The notes: generated from the sequence alone by a model not told the origin. A stretch of DNA of 64,000 bases from an uncultured Nitrososphaeraceae archaeon (GCA_963765895.1 CAVXZB010000032.1:13015-77014); one strand, 5' to 3'. Positions 46,243 to 58,900 are shown, counted from the stretch's first letter. Program-made: numbers and translations.

Positions 46243-47907
46243 TGAACCTTCTAACGAAAATAATACACATTCTAAATAATAACTTACCTTGGGTCTAAGA
46301 ATAGATAAGTAATCATCGCTATAATATCATTTTTCAAGTAATAGTGTTTGTTTCACACTGATTTCCTTATTTATGAAGTAGATCTAAGCTCTACTTTGAT
46401 AGATTCACTCCTTTACTGAATTAGAGTGTCAGTCTGGCGGCTGACATTCGTATTTCTAATACATAAGAAATTAGTATAGGTCGCATTAAAAATAACTGCT
46501 TTAGTTTTATGGGTCTTCAAATATTTTACCTGGTCGAACTAAAATAAATTTTATGACTTGAGAGTATTGGAAGAATCTCTGAAATTTCTCTGAGGATTTC
46601 TTTTTATTTGATCTTAGGAAGAATACGCCCGAATACGAATAGTCATCTATGATCTAATAGAAAATACGCTATCCGTATCTGGCAAGTGTATCTCTATTAA
46701 ACTGACCCTATTCGGAGTCATATTAATTCCTGCAGTCGTTTACTACAAACATACCGTTAAGTCATACATATACTTTGACGAACTTTTGTTAGGACACAGT
46801 ATTAATAAATAACAAAGATAAGTTAGCACTAATTTTTAAGAAGTGGCAGACTATTGGTAAAGGTCTTTATCAATGTTGACCATTAGCGCAATACTTTGAA
46901 CCGGGTTTTCGATCAAGGCTGGAGAAAATATCTAATTTTTTACCTATCATTGTGGGTGGTGTTGAAATTATATGAAAATATGCATAGTTTGTCGTTTCAT
47001 AGATATTCAAAGCTAACTCAAATATATGAAAACGGTTGCGCGTTGAATATGACCAGGAAGGATACGATAACTCGCACATCATTTGTCAAGAAGACTTTAT
47101 CTCACATTGAGCTACAGCTTGAAAGTGCGAATCTAAAAAGATTTATGGAATATGCAGCGAAACAAAATGAAAATTATAGTATATATCAAACAGATCAGAC
47201 AGATATAATTACTATAATAGAGAATTCGTTTGGTAATGAGATATCTTTTTTATATATATATTATTCAGGCAAGAAAGGTTGAATCTTGCCTGAATCCCAA
47301 GATGAACGCATAATGTCATCTAGTGTGTACGACTCGATGATGCATATTGATTATTCATATAAGCAAGAAAAAATGCCAGACCGAAAGATTTCTTACTATG
47401 GATCATTAAACGCGATCACGAAATCAAAGATAGATTTATGCTGTGGATGTAGGATCAATTGCTTACGAAGGGCAAATCATTGATCATATGCGCAAACTTC
47501 AAGACGAGATATGATTATATTTAGATACTATACGCAGATTAAGCTTTAACTGGATTCATTATTACATGTTTGGCTTAACAGAGAAAATCAAGAATAAATA
47601 TTATTTGATCATACATATATGGCATATGTCACCCAATGTTCTGTCTCTAATCTTAAAATAATCATGCGTATAATGCGTTGGGTAAATCTTTGTTATTATA
47701 CTATAGGAACAATAATGTGTACCAGGAGTAAATTTAAGATGATATTTACAAATCACCGACCACAACAATACGAACCTGAAGCTGATCATATCATATTGGA
47801 CGAAACATGCTTATCGGCATAAGATTTGAATATGAGACTAATAATTAAAGATAATATATCCTACGTTTAAGTAGTATTAAGAGCATATTTAGATATAGAA
47901 ATACAAA

Positions 47908-48021
47908 ATGAAATTTAACTTCTTTCGTAAAAATTTCAAATGTATCTCATGTGGAGAAAAATTTAGAACTGAAGATAGCCTCAAGCAGCATAGTCAAATA
48001 GAACACAGAAAAAATACTTAG
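47908..48021 (+). CDS. Mini C2H2 zinc-finger protein (37 aa)
   Basis: MKFNFFRKNFKCISCGEKFRTEDSLKQHSQIEHRKNT; a conserved copy lies at 57653. Confidence 0.7.
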   Translation: MKFNFFRKNFKCISCGEKFRTEDSLKQHSQIEHRKNT

Positions 48022-48344
48022 GTAATCTAGGTTTTTAACCCCTTGCTTATCTTGTTCTAATTGTCCCTAATTTATGGCTAACAGGTGGTACTAGTATACC
48101 TTCGGTCTTAAGCTTTGTTTAAAATCCCAGTTTTCGAGATCGTCACATTCGGACATGTTACGATATAAGCGGTATATGCAATGGTTGTCCATGGACAGAA
48201 TAATGAGCACGCCTCCAACGTCTACTACTAAAACACCATCAACCGCCGGACTATTATATAATTTAACTATTAATTTAACCATTAAGGCCGCGAAAACTCA
48301 CTTACGAAATTTGTCTATATGTCCCCTGATATTGCTAAATAGTT

Positions 48345-48614
48345 TTGTACTTATTAAATCATGTGAGCGGGATGGCAGCAGTTATCGTAGCAATTGCTAT
48401 GATTACTACTATACTAGTATCCACGGTACCTATTACCTATGCGCAAAACATAATTACCAAACCAGTAACAAACTATACTTCTATAACAATGCCGTCAATA
48501 GCAGGACTGAATGCAACTACAATTATTAATGCTATAAATACTAAAATCAAACTAATCTATGACGAGAAATCGTATAACACAACGAACCCAGCAAATGATA
48601 CAAAAATATTCTGA
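48345..48614 (+). CDS. Hypothetical secreted protein (fragment); decayed copy at ~59230-59470
   Basis: Signal-like AAVIVAIAMITTILVS..PITYAQ. Confidence 0.5.
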   Translation: MYLLNHVSGMAAVIVAIAMITTILVSTVPITYAQNIITKPVTNYTSITMPSIAGLNATTIINAINTKIKLIYDEKSYNTTNPANDTKIF

Positions 48615-49368
48615 CGAGGAAATATTTGGAGCAGACTGATAGTGGCATCTATCTGTTTCCGATAATAGTCTTACAGCTTCTTAACGAATAGTTCAGATTT
48701 TTAGGAGTCACTAACTACTAAATAGTCGCTATCTCTATATTCTTCGTGAAAGAATTACATTCTCCGTTCCGACTCCGTTGGTCTTGCAATGCTCTTGCCG
48801 AGTAATACCCAGAGCTGGACTGATAGTTATCTTACCAAAATTTGTATGATTTGTCCCCTACGTTTATCCTATTCATATTATTATGCTACTTGATGTATTA
48901 CTTATCTTACTTAGTTAATACGGTTGTTAGGCTAAATCAGGCCGTGCCATTCCACTTGTCAGTAGGATTAGATTACCTAGCCTAATAATGGTCATAATAT
49001 ATTGCTTAATACAAATAGATCTGCTAGCCTAGCCGAGAAGCCTTAATTAGGCATAGTATGTAGGGCTAATTGCTGTTCGAAGGCTCATGCGATTGCCTCG
49101 AATTCAGCTGATATGTCATAGATCGGCAATCATGATCCTCTAGGACGCTGGATTCGGTTTGCGATCGTTTGGTTTGCTATACGTAATATTTTCGGACTCT
49201 ACAATCAGGCATGCTCCTACGAGATGTAATACCATAGATTTCAGTCAATTTTTGTAAAGATATTTGAATTAGTATCAATCTCAGTTATTACATCTATCGA
49301 AGATAGATTCTAAGCCTATTATTTTATAGTATTAAATCCGATGTAGTTTACGTAATTATTGTTATAAT

Positions 49369-50577
49369 ATGGCAGCCGAAGAGAATAATAATAATACTAA
49401 TAATAATACTAATAATAATAGTAATACTGTCGCTACTATAAACTGGTATGATATAATAAATCAAGATACTAGAAGTATAGATGATGTATACCTAGGCAAG
49501 GTCAAGGGACTATATGAACCACTTATAGTTATTGAGAAGGGTACAATAAATAAAGAAAAACTCTATATTCCAAAATCTGTTATTGAAAAATATTCAGCCA
49601 ATATTTTGTACCTCGGTATAACAGAACAGGAAGCAAAGGATATCTACACACGAGAATCGCCCCCATCAGCAGATGAGATCAAACAGATAGAGACAATTAC
49701 AGAAAATAGGATTCTGGCATCTAGGAGAAATAATATAGAAACTACAGAACAACGAGAAGATGGAGATGTAAAAAAACAACGACAACAGCCAAAAAGTGAA
49801 GAGGAAGAAATCATTAAAAAGCTAAAATATGCAGCAACTGAACTTAAAGACTTACTAATTTCAGGAGCTAATGTAGCAAAAGAAAAGATCAAGGAAGGAA
49901 AAGATATTACACAAGAAAAGATAAAAGAACAACGAGAAGCGGCAGAGGAAAGAAAAGCTGAAAATGATGCAAAAAAGATATCTAAAATGGGAGATTTAGC
50001 ATTACAGTTTTCAACTTCTTTTGATGATATTTTATCAGAGATTTCATTAACCAGAACATATGCAGAACAAGAACAGATCTATAAAGGATTCCTAAGGCTA
50101 ATACAAATGCAACGTAAACTTCTTGTCGCAAGAAAAGAGTTAGCTACCAAGTTAAAAGATTCGGTAGATAAACCAATCCTCATCAACAACAACAACGATA
50201 TAAAACAGCCAGAGTTAACACAAGACACTCAAAATCAACTTAACAAGGCATCTGAACTACCCATGCCACAACCACAACTACCTAAAACAATTAGTACTGC
50301 TGAAGAAGAAGAAGAAGAAGAAGAAGAAATAAAATCAAAACCTCGGATAAAAATGGTCACCAAGAAAGATTCTGATATAGAAGTAACACGTGATGAGGAA
50401 TTGCCAGCAATGTCGTCATCATCATCATTGTCGTCAAATGCAGCTGCTGAATCACCTTCTACAGAGATTCCATCTACTGAAATCTATTCTGCCAAAGGAG
50501 AAGGAAAAGAAGGAATGGCTATAGAAAAGAGAAAATTAGCTAATGAAAAAAGGAGTAGCAGGAATAAGAGTAAGTGA
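49369..50577 (+). CDS. PRC-barrel-like N-terminal domain plus coiled-coil and low-complexity regions
   Basis: 402-aa ORF with two paralogues in the window (40678 and ~61160). Confidence 0.8.
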   Translation: MAAEENNNNTNNNTNNNSNTVATINWYDIINQDTRSIDDVYLGKVKGLYEPLIVIEKGTINKEKLYIPKSVIEKYSANILYLGITEQEAKDIYTRESPPSADEIKQIETITENRILASRRNNIETTEQREDGDVKKQRQQPKSEEEEIIKKLKYAATELKDLLISGANVAKEKIKEGKDITQEKIKEQREAAEERKAENDAKKISKMGDLALQFSTSFDDILSEISLTRTYAEQEQIYKGFLRLIQMQRKLLVARKELATKLKDSVDKPILINNNNDIKQPELTQDTQNQLNKASELPMPQPQLPKTISTAEEEEEEEEEIKSKPRIKMVTKKDSDIEVTRDEELPAMSSSSSLSSNAAAESPSTEIPSTEIYSAKGEGKEGMAIEKRKLANEKRSSRNKSK

Positions 50578-50781
50578 GCAGTACACTAAGAATGTAGTAT
50601 ACGTGGCTTTATATTCAACCTCTGATGGTTTTACAACTACTACTTTTCTTTCTTCAGCTGGTTTTTTTGCAGTCAACTCACTGTCTTTCTCTATCAGTGC
50701 TTCAGATGGATATGTGGTAGTAGATTCTTGAGAATTTGATAATTCTGGATCTTCCTCCTCCTTGTTCTTCTCATTGCTCAT
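50536..50781 (-). pseudogene. Internally deleted copy of the gene at ~62457-63019
   Basis: Matches 62850-63019 but lacks the ~470 bp present at 62380-62850. Confidence 0.6.
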
Positions 50782-51443
50782 AACATATACAGTTAAAGGT
50801 CTTTATGCTTAATAAAAAATTTACCGTCTATGATTAATAGGATTAATAGTACTAGTTATGACAGATATTACTGTGGACGAAATTATGTCATATACATTTC
50901 ACTGTAATGAATAAAGGAATATCCATTCGCTACCGAAAATCTTATTCATTCATAAGGCCTTCATTACGATAAGGATATTATATTCCACATAGAGAATCCT
51001 TCTCTAGCACCACTATTATTTCAATATTTTATTAACATGATCTGTTGCTTAACAAGTAACCGAATATCTTACAGAATTAGATTAGTATGTTAAAATAGAA
51101 AATATTATAAAAATAATCTTATATTTATTTTCATTCTAAAATTGATGGCCAACCACTATATAATATCATGCTCAGAATATGGATATGGTATTAGGTATGC
51201 TATGGACAATTGTAGCGATAATAGTAGTCATAATTATCATCATAGTCTTACTGAAGGTAGTCTTTGCAATAATAGCAATCGGTCCTCTCGCAATAGAACA
51301 ACAGCAAGAATTACACACAATATATAATATGTTAGCACACGTGCCTATTAAGATCTGAGCGCTGGCTGTCAAAGTTAAGATAACGCATTATACATTGGAA
51401 AACTTCTGATTTGGGTTAGCTAGTCATCTGAGCTCTATTTGAT

Positions 51444-51593
51444 TTATGTGTCTATTTCTTTGGTCTTTGTATCATTTGCATCTTGCCTGAATGCTTCTGC
51501 TGTCTTGGGACCGGGCGATTGGGATTTAATTACTTCCTCTTTGCGTTTTTCTGCTTTAGTCTTTCCCTGATTGCGGGTATCTTCGTATGTCAT
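51444..51593 (-). CDS. Small hydrophilic protein (49 aa)
   Basis: MTYEDTRNQGKTKAEKRKEEVIKSQSPGPKTAEAFRQDANDTKTKEIDT. Confidence 0.45.
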   Translation of the reverse strand: MTYEDTRNQGKTKAEKRKEEVIKSQSPGPKTAEAFRQDANDTKTKEIDT

Positions 51594-53268
51594 ACCAATA
51601 TTATTCGCTGCAAGCCTTATCAGTATTTCATAACGATGAAGAAATAATTGATCTATTAAGTAAGTAGTTGAATATAGAGATCATTTTCTAAGATTAAAGC
51701 GGGGTTATATTCCGTATAGTAACTAGCAGAAATAAGAAAAAGAAGTAATAAAAGATGTGATAGGAAAGTTGGTGGACATGACATCAATAATTGGGATCAT
51801 CAATGGAATAGGAACCTGCCATTGTAAGTAGGGAAATGTTAAAGACCACTTACATTATACCCAAGTCATGCTTTGCATTGGCCAGATGTTATGGCATGAG
51901 TCTAGCCATGCCGTACCAACCTCACTATCTGCCTACTTACCTTTTCACCTACCACCATAGTATATTTGGTTTCTAAGGTATATAACGAATGATTCCTAAT
52001 TATTCTTCCTTATAGTTCTATTATATATTATAATACGCTCTATGCATCCACTCATTCTCAAGCAAATTTGGGGGGCAAATTCATTCGAATAATCAGGTTA
52101 TAAAACTGATTCACTTTTTGATATCTCCACCTTACTATAAAAAACCTCCGCTATTCATGCCTTAATTGTAATGGAGTGGAGCTACTGTTAACCAATTAGT
52201 ATGAGACAGGAAATATATCTTAAGATATCTGATCTCCGAGATAGAACCAAAGTAAATTAACTTTATTTGCTAGTTATTCGAACCGATTTATAGTTGGGTG
52301 CTAGACTGGCTAGGCAGCATTTGCGAGCGGGCAAAGATCTGAACAGAAGATATCGCTCGCAAATATTTGATAGATATTGGCGCTTTTTCCAGTCTAACAC
52401 CCTATATTATTATGTTCAATATTATATTTAGGATTTAAGAGATAGCAATCCCTTGCGGCCAATTTGCAATCTTTTTAATAGATAGTGCACATATAGTATC
52501 GACAAGACAAAACCGATTATTATTCTACGGCCACCGGAGCCCAGGATTCGTAGATTGGCTGTTGGGCATCCTTTGCGATCCTAGACTGCTACGGTCGTTA
52601 TGTAGGATTAAACTTGTAGGCTAGGTTAGATGCCGTTACAATTATACAAAAGGTCAGAAAAATACTTTATTTGTCTGTTATTCGGAATACGTATACAGTA
52701 GGACTGCTGGGTTATTTTGCGAGTGGAAATCAGATCGCAAACGCAAATGCTGATAGATATTGCTAGCCCAACAGCCTAGAATATAGTAGCCAACATTGTA
52801 TATAGAAAGATGTGTATTGCGGCAGCCTTTGTAACATTAAATGCTAATGGAAGCCTATGAGATATTACCGCCCGAATCCTTACGGGGTCATACGGTCATA
52901 CTTGAGTCCAGTAATCATAGATTGGTAGAAACTTCCTCAAGGGTTCTGGATTCCTGCCCATGATCGTGGGCGTTCAAGGTTCTAATACAAACGGGCGCGC
53001 TACGTATGATCTTAAGTTCATTTAAACAAAATTTAGGTAGACAGTTAGTCATTTTCGTTCAGTCAGTATTATACAGTAGATATATCACCAGTACAAACTT
53101 GGGGTTTTGTTCCATAAGTCAATTCGCACGCTATGCGCACTATCTAAAGATGATGTAAATTCAGATTTCCTGGCTCAGCATCGCAAATAAATAAAACAAA
53201 ACAGTCAATGATAGCTACCATTGGACTTATAGACGATCAGGTAGACAAATAGACAGGCAACTAAAGGC

Positions 53269-53466
53269 ATGCAAGCTCACACACTAGGACCACTAAGAAA
53301 GATCTTTTACATAAAACCAGAGATATATAACAAACTAAGAGAAATTGCAATGGAAAAAAGAATAAGTATTGACGACTGTGCAGAGGAATTGTTACGAGAA
53401 CATTTCATGCTAAAAGAATTTATCAAGGAAATAGATTTAGACTCAGATTTAGAATATTATAGATAG
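53269..53466 (+). CDS. Small ribbon-helix-helix-like protein
   Basis: IFYIKPEIYNKLREIAMEKRISIDDCAEELLRE. Confidence 0.6.
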   Translation: MQAHTLGPLRKIFYIKPEIYNKLREIAMEKRISIDDCAEELLREHFMLKEFIKEIDLDSDLEYYR

Positions 53467-53511
53467 GTATCGCTAGGTCGGAGAAGATTAAAAGAATCAA
53501 GAAGTAAGGTC

Positions 53512-53676
53512 ATGAGAGTATCTAGTACCAAAACAACAGTTACATTATCAGTAGATATCTCTACTTACAAGAGATTTCAAGGGGAATTAAGACTGGCGAA
53601 TAAAAACATGAGTTCAATAGCACAGTCCTGCATGGAAAATTATATAGTCAAACATAGCTACCAAACTTGCAACTAA
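53512..53676 (+). CDS. Small ribbon-helix-helix-like protein (54 aa)
   Basis: KTTVTLSVDISTYKRFQ...NMSSIAQSCMENY; not in the ORF track. Confidence 0.55.
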   Translation: MRVSSTKTTVTLSVDISTYKRFQGELRLANKNMSSIAQSCMENYIVKHSYQTCN

Positions 53677-53800
53677 ATGAGTCGGGATTAGGCATAGGAT
53701 TTGTATCTATCAAAGAATATTATTGAATTCCATGGAGGCAGAATATTGGAGAAAATAATAAAGAAGGAAATGGAGCCATATTTGCATTCGTCCAAGACAT

Positions 53801-54025
53801 TTAATTCAAAGTCGAGTTTTTCTTAATACCATCAATAACTTTCATGCTATAGGTCCTAACCCTTTCGTCTATGCCAGATGAGCTAATGACTTCTGTTATG
53901 GCGTCTATCGCCTGTGTTCCATAATCTGCAAGCATATCTAGTGCTTTAATTCGAATCGTTGGTTCGTTTAAGCAATAGACTCTATGTTTTATACAATTAA
54001 TTTGGTCTTCTGCTGACAATTTCAT
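53801..54025 (-). CDS. Small HEAT-repeat-like protein
   Basis: IRIKALDMLADYGTQAIDAITEV...VR. Confidence 0.6.
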   Translation of the reverse strand: MKLSAEDQINCIKHRVYCLNEPTIRIKALDMLADYGTQAIDAITEVISSSGIDERVRTYSMKVIDGIKKNSTLN

Positions 54026-54247
54026 ATCTCACAGATATACTTACAATAACAGGTGATTCCAATACTATTTTAGCATTATATAGAAACTGATGGAATAATA
54101 CCACTTGTGGTATTAATAACATGAGATTTCGAAATATAGATATGTTCTGGTTGACTGTCTATAATTTTATTATTCTATTAGACAAGTAATATCAATAGAA
54201 ACGCTATCCTAACCTAAATTCTGAATTTCAGTTCTCTAATTTTGTCC

Positions 54248-54613
54248 TCAAATTTTTCTGATAATAAATTTAATCATTCTGATAAATATATTTTCATTAT
54301 CACCCTTGGATATGCTCATTGCAATAACTGAAAGCGAAATCGCTAATCCAGTCGCAGATGATGTCAACCACAGAACATAGTTATTTGCAAGATCTATTCT
54401 TTCGGACCATATATCATATATAATTCGCAATGCTATGGTAAACAAACCCTGACCTGTACCAATCCCTACAAAGATCTTTCCCAGGTTAACTCTGTTTGCA
54501 GCAAACAAGCCTGCTCCTACGAGCACTGTAATTCCTCCTAACTGACTAATGATTACAAGAATTCCTATTGAAAATATAATTGGTGACCCAAAATCGCTTG
54601 GGGTATTAATCAA
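54248..54613 (-). CDS. Membrane protein, probably broken upstream
   Basis: Several Gly-rich hydrophobic segments. Confidence 0.55.
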   Translation of the reverse strand: MINTPSDFGSPIIFSIGILVIISQLGGITVLVGAGLFAANRVNLGKIFVGIGTGQGLFTIALRIIYDIWSERIDLANNYVLWLTSSATGLAISLSVIAMSISKGDNENIFIRMIKFIIRKI

Positions 54614-54967
54614 TATCTCTTTTTCAATAAGATAATAAAATGTTATATCGGCCTTATAGCCAGAAATTAAAAAGACTATTCCTGAAATAGAGGTAATAAC
54701 TGCTGCCTAATCTATTCCTTGACATCTACAAGTAGTACACTTCATCGTTATGCAAGAGTTATTCATTTGCTTTGTTATACAATCAACTATTTTTCTAATC
54801 CTACCTAGATGTTTCCTAGTTTGACGGTAGATATAGGCAGCAAGAGATTTGGATAGTGTACATGTATGTAGCTGTTATGTAATACTAAATTGTTTGTTAA
54901 TATGAGCCTATTTAAAACAGTTTGCTGGTATGTTAGTCATTAAATATCTTATAGAATATAGTATAAT

Positions 54968-56099
54968 ATGAGTATGAGTATAAGTTCTAGGAAAAAGGAT
55001 AAAGATAGAGATAAAGATACTAAGGGAGCTTCTGGCATAAAAGCTAGTACGGATTATACAATTGGAAAAGCTGGAGAAGAGGTAGGTATTACCAATACAG
55101 TGAGATCATCGGAGGTACATTCGGAAACAACGGATAAGAGCAGTAGAAGATGTCACAAATAAGATAGAAGAAGATGTCACAAATAAGATAGAAGAAGATG
55201 TCACAAAGATAGAAGAGTCACATAAGATAGAAGAAGAGATGATTTCGTCTTCGTCACCATCATACGATACTCCACCAACAGAACCGACTGTGGCTACAAC
55301 CTCGCCATCATTTGATCATCATCGGTATGAGCAGAATTATCAACAACAACAACAACAAAAGAGAGGAGCAGCAATTCGAAATAAATAGGGCATTAGAAGA
55401 GACTAGAGATAATATTAGAAAATCTACAGATGAAGCAAGAAAAGACATTCCACGTTTTACTCAAGCAGCTAGTGAATATCAAGAACAAACCATTGAGACG
55501 GCTAGAGAAATAGCAGATACCTTGCTAGAATCACAAAAGCAGATTCTCGGTTCATTTCAATCAGCATGGCTACCTCATATAGATGCAGCAAATATTTTTG
55601 TATCGAATTGGATGTCTCCTGGGCATTATTCACAAATATATGCAAATATGGTTAGCAATTTTGCTGACAATATAATAGTAGGTACCGATTAGCAAATAGC
55701 ATGATATTTGCAAATATGGAAACATCTAAAACATTAATGCTCCAAGCAAGAGATAATACAAAGGAATTATCTAGATCAAACGTGAATGCTGCAAGAATCG
55801 TTAGAACAAACATCAAGAGATGCTGCTAGCAATGTAAGACAGAATAATACTTCGACTTCTTATACTAGAGAATATAAGCAAATGAACCAATGTCGCCAGC
55901 AAAGATAAAAGAACACGAACCCACTGCGGTAAGAAGACAAGACAATACCTCAAGTTCTAGTACTAGTTCGTCGTCAGGGCAAGATCCTAAAGAAAGATTA
56001 AGAAGAAGTGGAATGACAGAAGGAACAGCTGGTTCTAGTGAAACTGGTGACAGGTATGAGCAAGGAGCAGCAGGAACAAATAAGAGTAATTATGACTAG
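54968..56099 (+). pseudogene. Multiply frameshifted hydrophilic/helical protein
   Basis: Pieces 54968-55162, 55312-55692 (INRALEETRDNIRKSTDEARKDIPRFTQ...) and 55890-56099 are collinear. Confidence 0.6.
55145..55236 (+). repeat. 24-bp tandem repeat, about 3.5 copies, decaying
   Basis: agaagatgtcacaaataagataga repeated (EDVTNKIE). Confidence 0.85.
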
Positions 56100-56226
56100 C
56101 CAATAATGTCAGCTCGAAAAATGAGATAATTTTTACTTTGTGTTCTATTGCTTTATTTATTTTAGATCTCTGATATTCTTGTAATTTTCTAAAATCCTTA
56201 CTCTTTCCTCAAAGCCGGGGCTATAT

Positions 56227-56574
56227 TCACCTTTCTGGCCTGAAGGCGAGCTCTTTAAAGGACTCTAATCCCTTTGTATATTCATCTCCTCTAGGTGATT
56301 CATCTCCATATACGTGCTTTGAATGAACTTCTTCCTCATTTATCAAAAGCCACAGATGCTTTCCATCATATGCATCAGCAGTATACTTTGGAATCCAGAA
56401 TTTGTCTTTCTTTATTGAACCCTTCTCTAAACGAATATAGTTATCAGATATATCTTTTATTTCTCCAATATCTTTTCCATCATTTGTTATCACTTTTTTA
56501 CCTTTAAGCATGCTCCATAAAACTGTAGGACCTATCCTATTGTTATCAGGTTCATTAGAGGACATGTAATGCAT
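56227..56574 (-). CDS. PRC-barrel-like protein
   Basis: LKGKKVITNDGKDIGEIKDI...EKG...FWIPK...YDG. Confidence 0.7.
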   Translation of the reverse strand: MHYMSSNEPDNNRIGPTVLWSMLKGKKVITNDGKDIGEIKDISDNYIRLEKGSIKKDKFWIPKYTADAYDGKHLWLLINEEEVHSKHVYGDESPRGDEYTKGLESFKELAFRPER

Positions 56575-56743
56575 ATAGTCAGAACCTGGTTAATGAATGT
56601 TCCATCTATAATAAATTAAGTCACATGGGATGGTAGAAATGTGGAAGCATTATTTTGTCATCTGCTAGATAAACCTTACTAATATATTTTATATTGTAGT
56701 CTATTTTGAGTATAGGATATAATAATTGTTAAGAGCAACCACA

Positions 56744-57357
56744 ATGAATTCAGGATAATACAAATTATAGGTCTGCCAGTATTGATTACAGTAATGTTGC
56801 TGTTTGCAGTAGGTTATCCAGCGAGCGTTAGCTCAAAATCTATCCTCTATGAATAATTATACCAATAATAGTAGGAATACTGCTACTCCAAACTCATCAG
56901 CTAAGACAATAATAATTCCACAAGGTAATAAAGCACCAATAACAACAGCAAATTCTGCTCCTACAGGCAAGAGTAATAACGTACAGGCCGGTAGCAATCG
57001 AACTGGCTTTGCTAATATTTCTAACCTGGTGATCAAAGATAAGACATTCCCAATTAAATATAATATAATATAACAAATGGAAAACTTTTAGGAATTATTG
57101 GTGATAAAGATAAGACGACTCTGGTTCTTTTACTTGGTTCCATCTTGGACAACGGTAAATTAACAGTTGAACTCCCAAGAAATGTATTAGATGCAAAAAG
57201 TCAAGGAAATACGGACGCCAAATACAATATCAAGATTGATAACAAGGATGTAGATTATAAAGAAGTTGGTAATAACCTCAATGCTAGAATATTACAAATT
57301 AACTTTGGTAAAGATGATAGGATGATAGAAATAACAGGGACCGAGATGACATCTTAA
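56744..57357 (+). pseudogene. Secreted surface protein of thaumarchaeal type, frameshifted
   Basis: Signal-like start at 56744; C-terminal GKLTVELPRNVLDAK...ARILQINF...IEITGT. Confidence 0.6.
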
Positions 57358-57652
57358 CCACACAGTACAATACAACACTTATCTGCCTGTAAGTTCAATA
57401 TGATACTTGATTCTAGAAATGGCAACGTTTCTGAAAAATGGTCTAGTCTTAATGAATTTAATTGAATTGATCAGTAATTTAACTTGAGCTAATGATATAT
57501 ACCACATTGTGTGGCTTACATTGAACCAGTTATGTAGTTGTGCAATCCGACATTATACTGCAATCCAAAAAAATAGATCAGATTAGAGTTTATTAGCCAT
57601 TTTTGATATGTTGATATACTTAAGTAGTTTTAAGTGTACTTAATTGTAAGAA

Positions 57653-57760
57653 ATGAAATTTAACTTCTTTCGTAAGAATTTTAAATGTATCTCATGTGGA
57701 GAAAAATTCAAGACCGAAGAAGATCTCAAACAACATAATCAAATAGAACACAGAAAATAA
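57653..57760 (+). CDS. Mini C2H2 zinc-finger protein (35 aa)
   Basis: MKFNFFRKNFKCISCGEKFKTEEDLKQHNQIEHRK; paralogue of 47908. Confidence 0.7.
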   Translation: MKFNFFRKNFKCISCGEKFKTEEDLKQHNQIEHRK

Positions 57761-57967
57761 CGGTGGAAGGTTTCGCTCTTATCCTATTTCTCATATCTAT
57801 ATGAATATAGGAAGATATGTAAACTGGTGTAACAGAAGTCGGCGATATATTTACTTAAGCTTCATTTGGAATTAGGTGAATTTTCATTTTGTAGTTCAAA
57901 TAATGAACAAGTATTGAGGAATATGCAATTGTTAACTACAATGGTAAGCTTTATTAGTTATCTAAAA

Positions 57968-58587
57968 TGTCGATAAATAAAGATAATGAAATGACCGGTA
58001 CTATTTCAGTATTATCAAGGAATTGATAAAATAGAACATGGAGAACACGTCGTCCTTATCTATCCTAATCTCTACACACTAAGAGAAATCTATTCACATT
58101 GTTGTAATATAGCATTAAAAAATAATGAATTAGTATTGATACTCGCCTACTATCAGACAGCAGAGTCTATCAGGCTAACTTTGAAAGAGCTCGATATTGA
58201 CGTGGAAAAGTATGAAAAGAAAAATGACCTGATAATAATACAGGATAGCATCTAGACACACTCTGGTTATACAGAGGATTTCTTGTCTTTACTAAAAACT
58301 CTTGATAAACAACAAGAGAAACGAGGTAAAAAAGGGTTATCTGTGATTGCAGATATGTGTTTTCTTTCATTTTCAATATAATACAGATGTTTTAATAGAT
58401 TTTGAATCATCATTACCAAAGTTTGATATGAATGTGAAAAGAATTTGTATCTACCATGCTGGAAAGAGATTTTGAGAGATTTGAGCAGTATGAAAAGGAT
58501 AATTTAATAAAATCACATCATCGACAAATAAAAGTGCTCCCTAAAGTTGTTGGTAAAGATAAGTCTAATGCCTCAATTTTATCTTGA
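57968..58587 (+). pseudogene. MEDS-domain protein, frameshifted
   Basis: IEHGEHVVLIYPNLYTLREIYS, GLSVIADM and ICIYH in different frames. Confidence 0.7.
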
Positions 58588-58693
58588 TATTAACGTGTTA
58601 CTAGACAACTATGATTGTAATTCAACATTATATTTTAATTAGGAGCTAGTTATTAATTTTGTTTGATATACAGGGGTTCTGACTGATCCCTAC

Positions 58694-58900
58694 TCATGAA
58701 TGATTATCAACTTTTGATAAGCCTGGAATTTTATTTAGCCAATCTAATAATATATGAGGAATAGCTCTATCCACACTATTGAGACCTAATTCCTTGGCCG
58801 TCGAGCTGAGTAGGAATATTTCTACCTTGTTTATAATATAGACTGGAACCTTTATTTCAACTGGTTCGTCCATTGGTTTAGAGTTATCTTCTTCTGACAT
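58694..58900 (-). CDS. Small hypothetical protein (RHH-like pattern)
   Basis: VEIKVPVYIINKVE...ELGLNSV...ILLDWL. Confidence 0.5.
   Translation of the reverse strand: MSEEDNSKPMDEPVEIKVPVYIINKVEIFLLSSTAKELGLNSVDRAIPHILLDWLNKIPGLSKVDNHS

Noticed and set aside
49384-50325. aat and gaa trinucleotide runs as contingency loci
   Set aside because: They are in-frame poly-Asn and poly-Glu tracts and would not switch the reading frame.
52868-53002. tRNA-like sequence (cgcccg...ggttctaatacaaacgggcgcgcta)
   Set aside because: No convincing cloverleaf, D arm or T stem could be built by eye; tRNAscan-SE would be needed.
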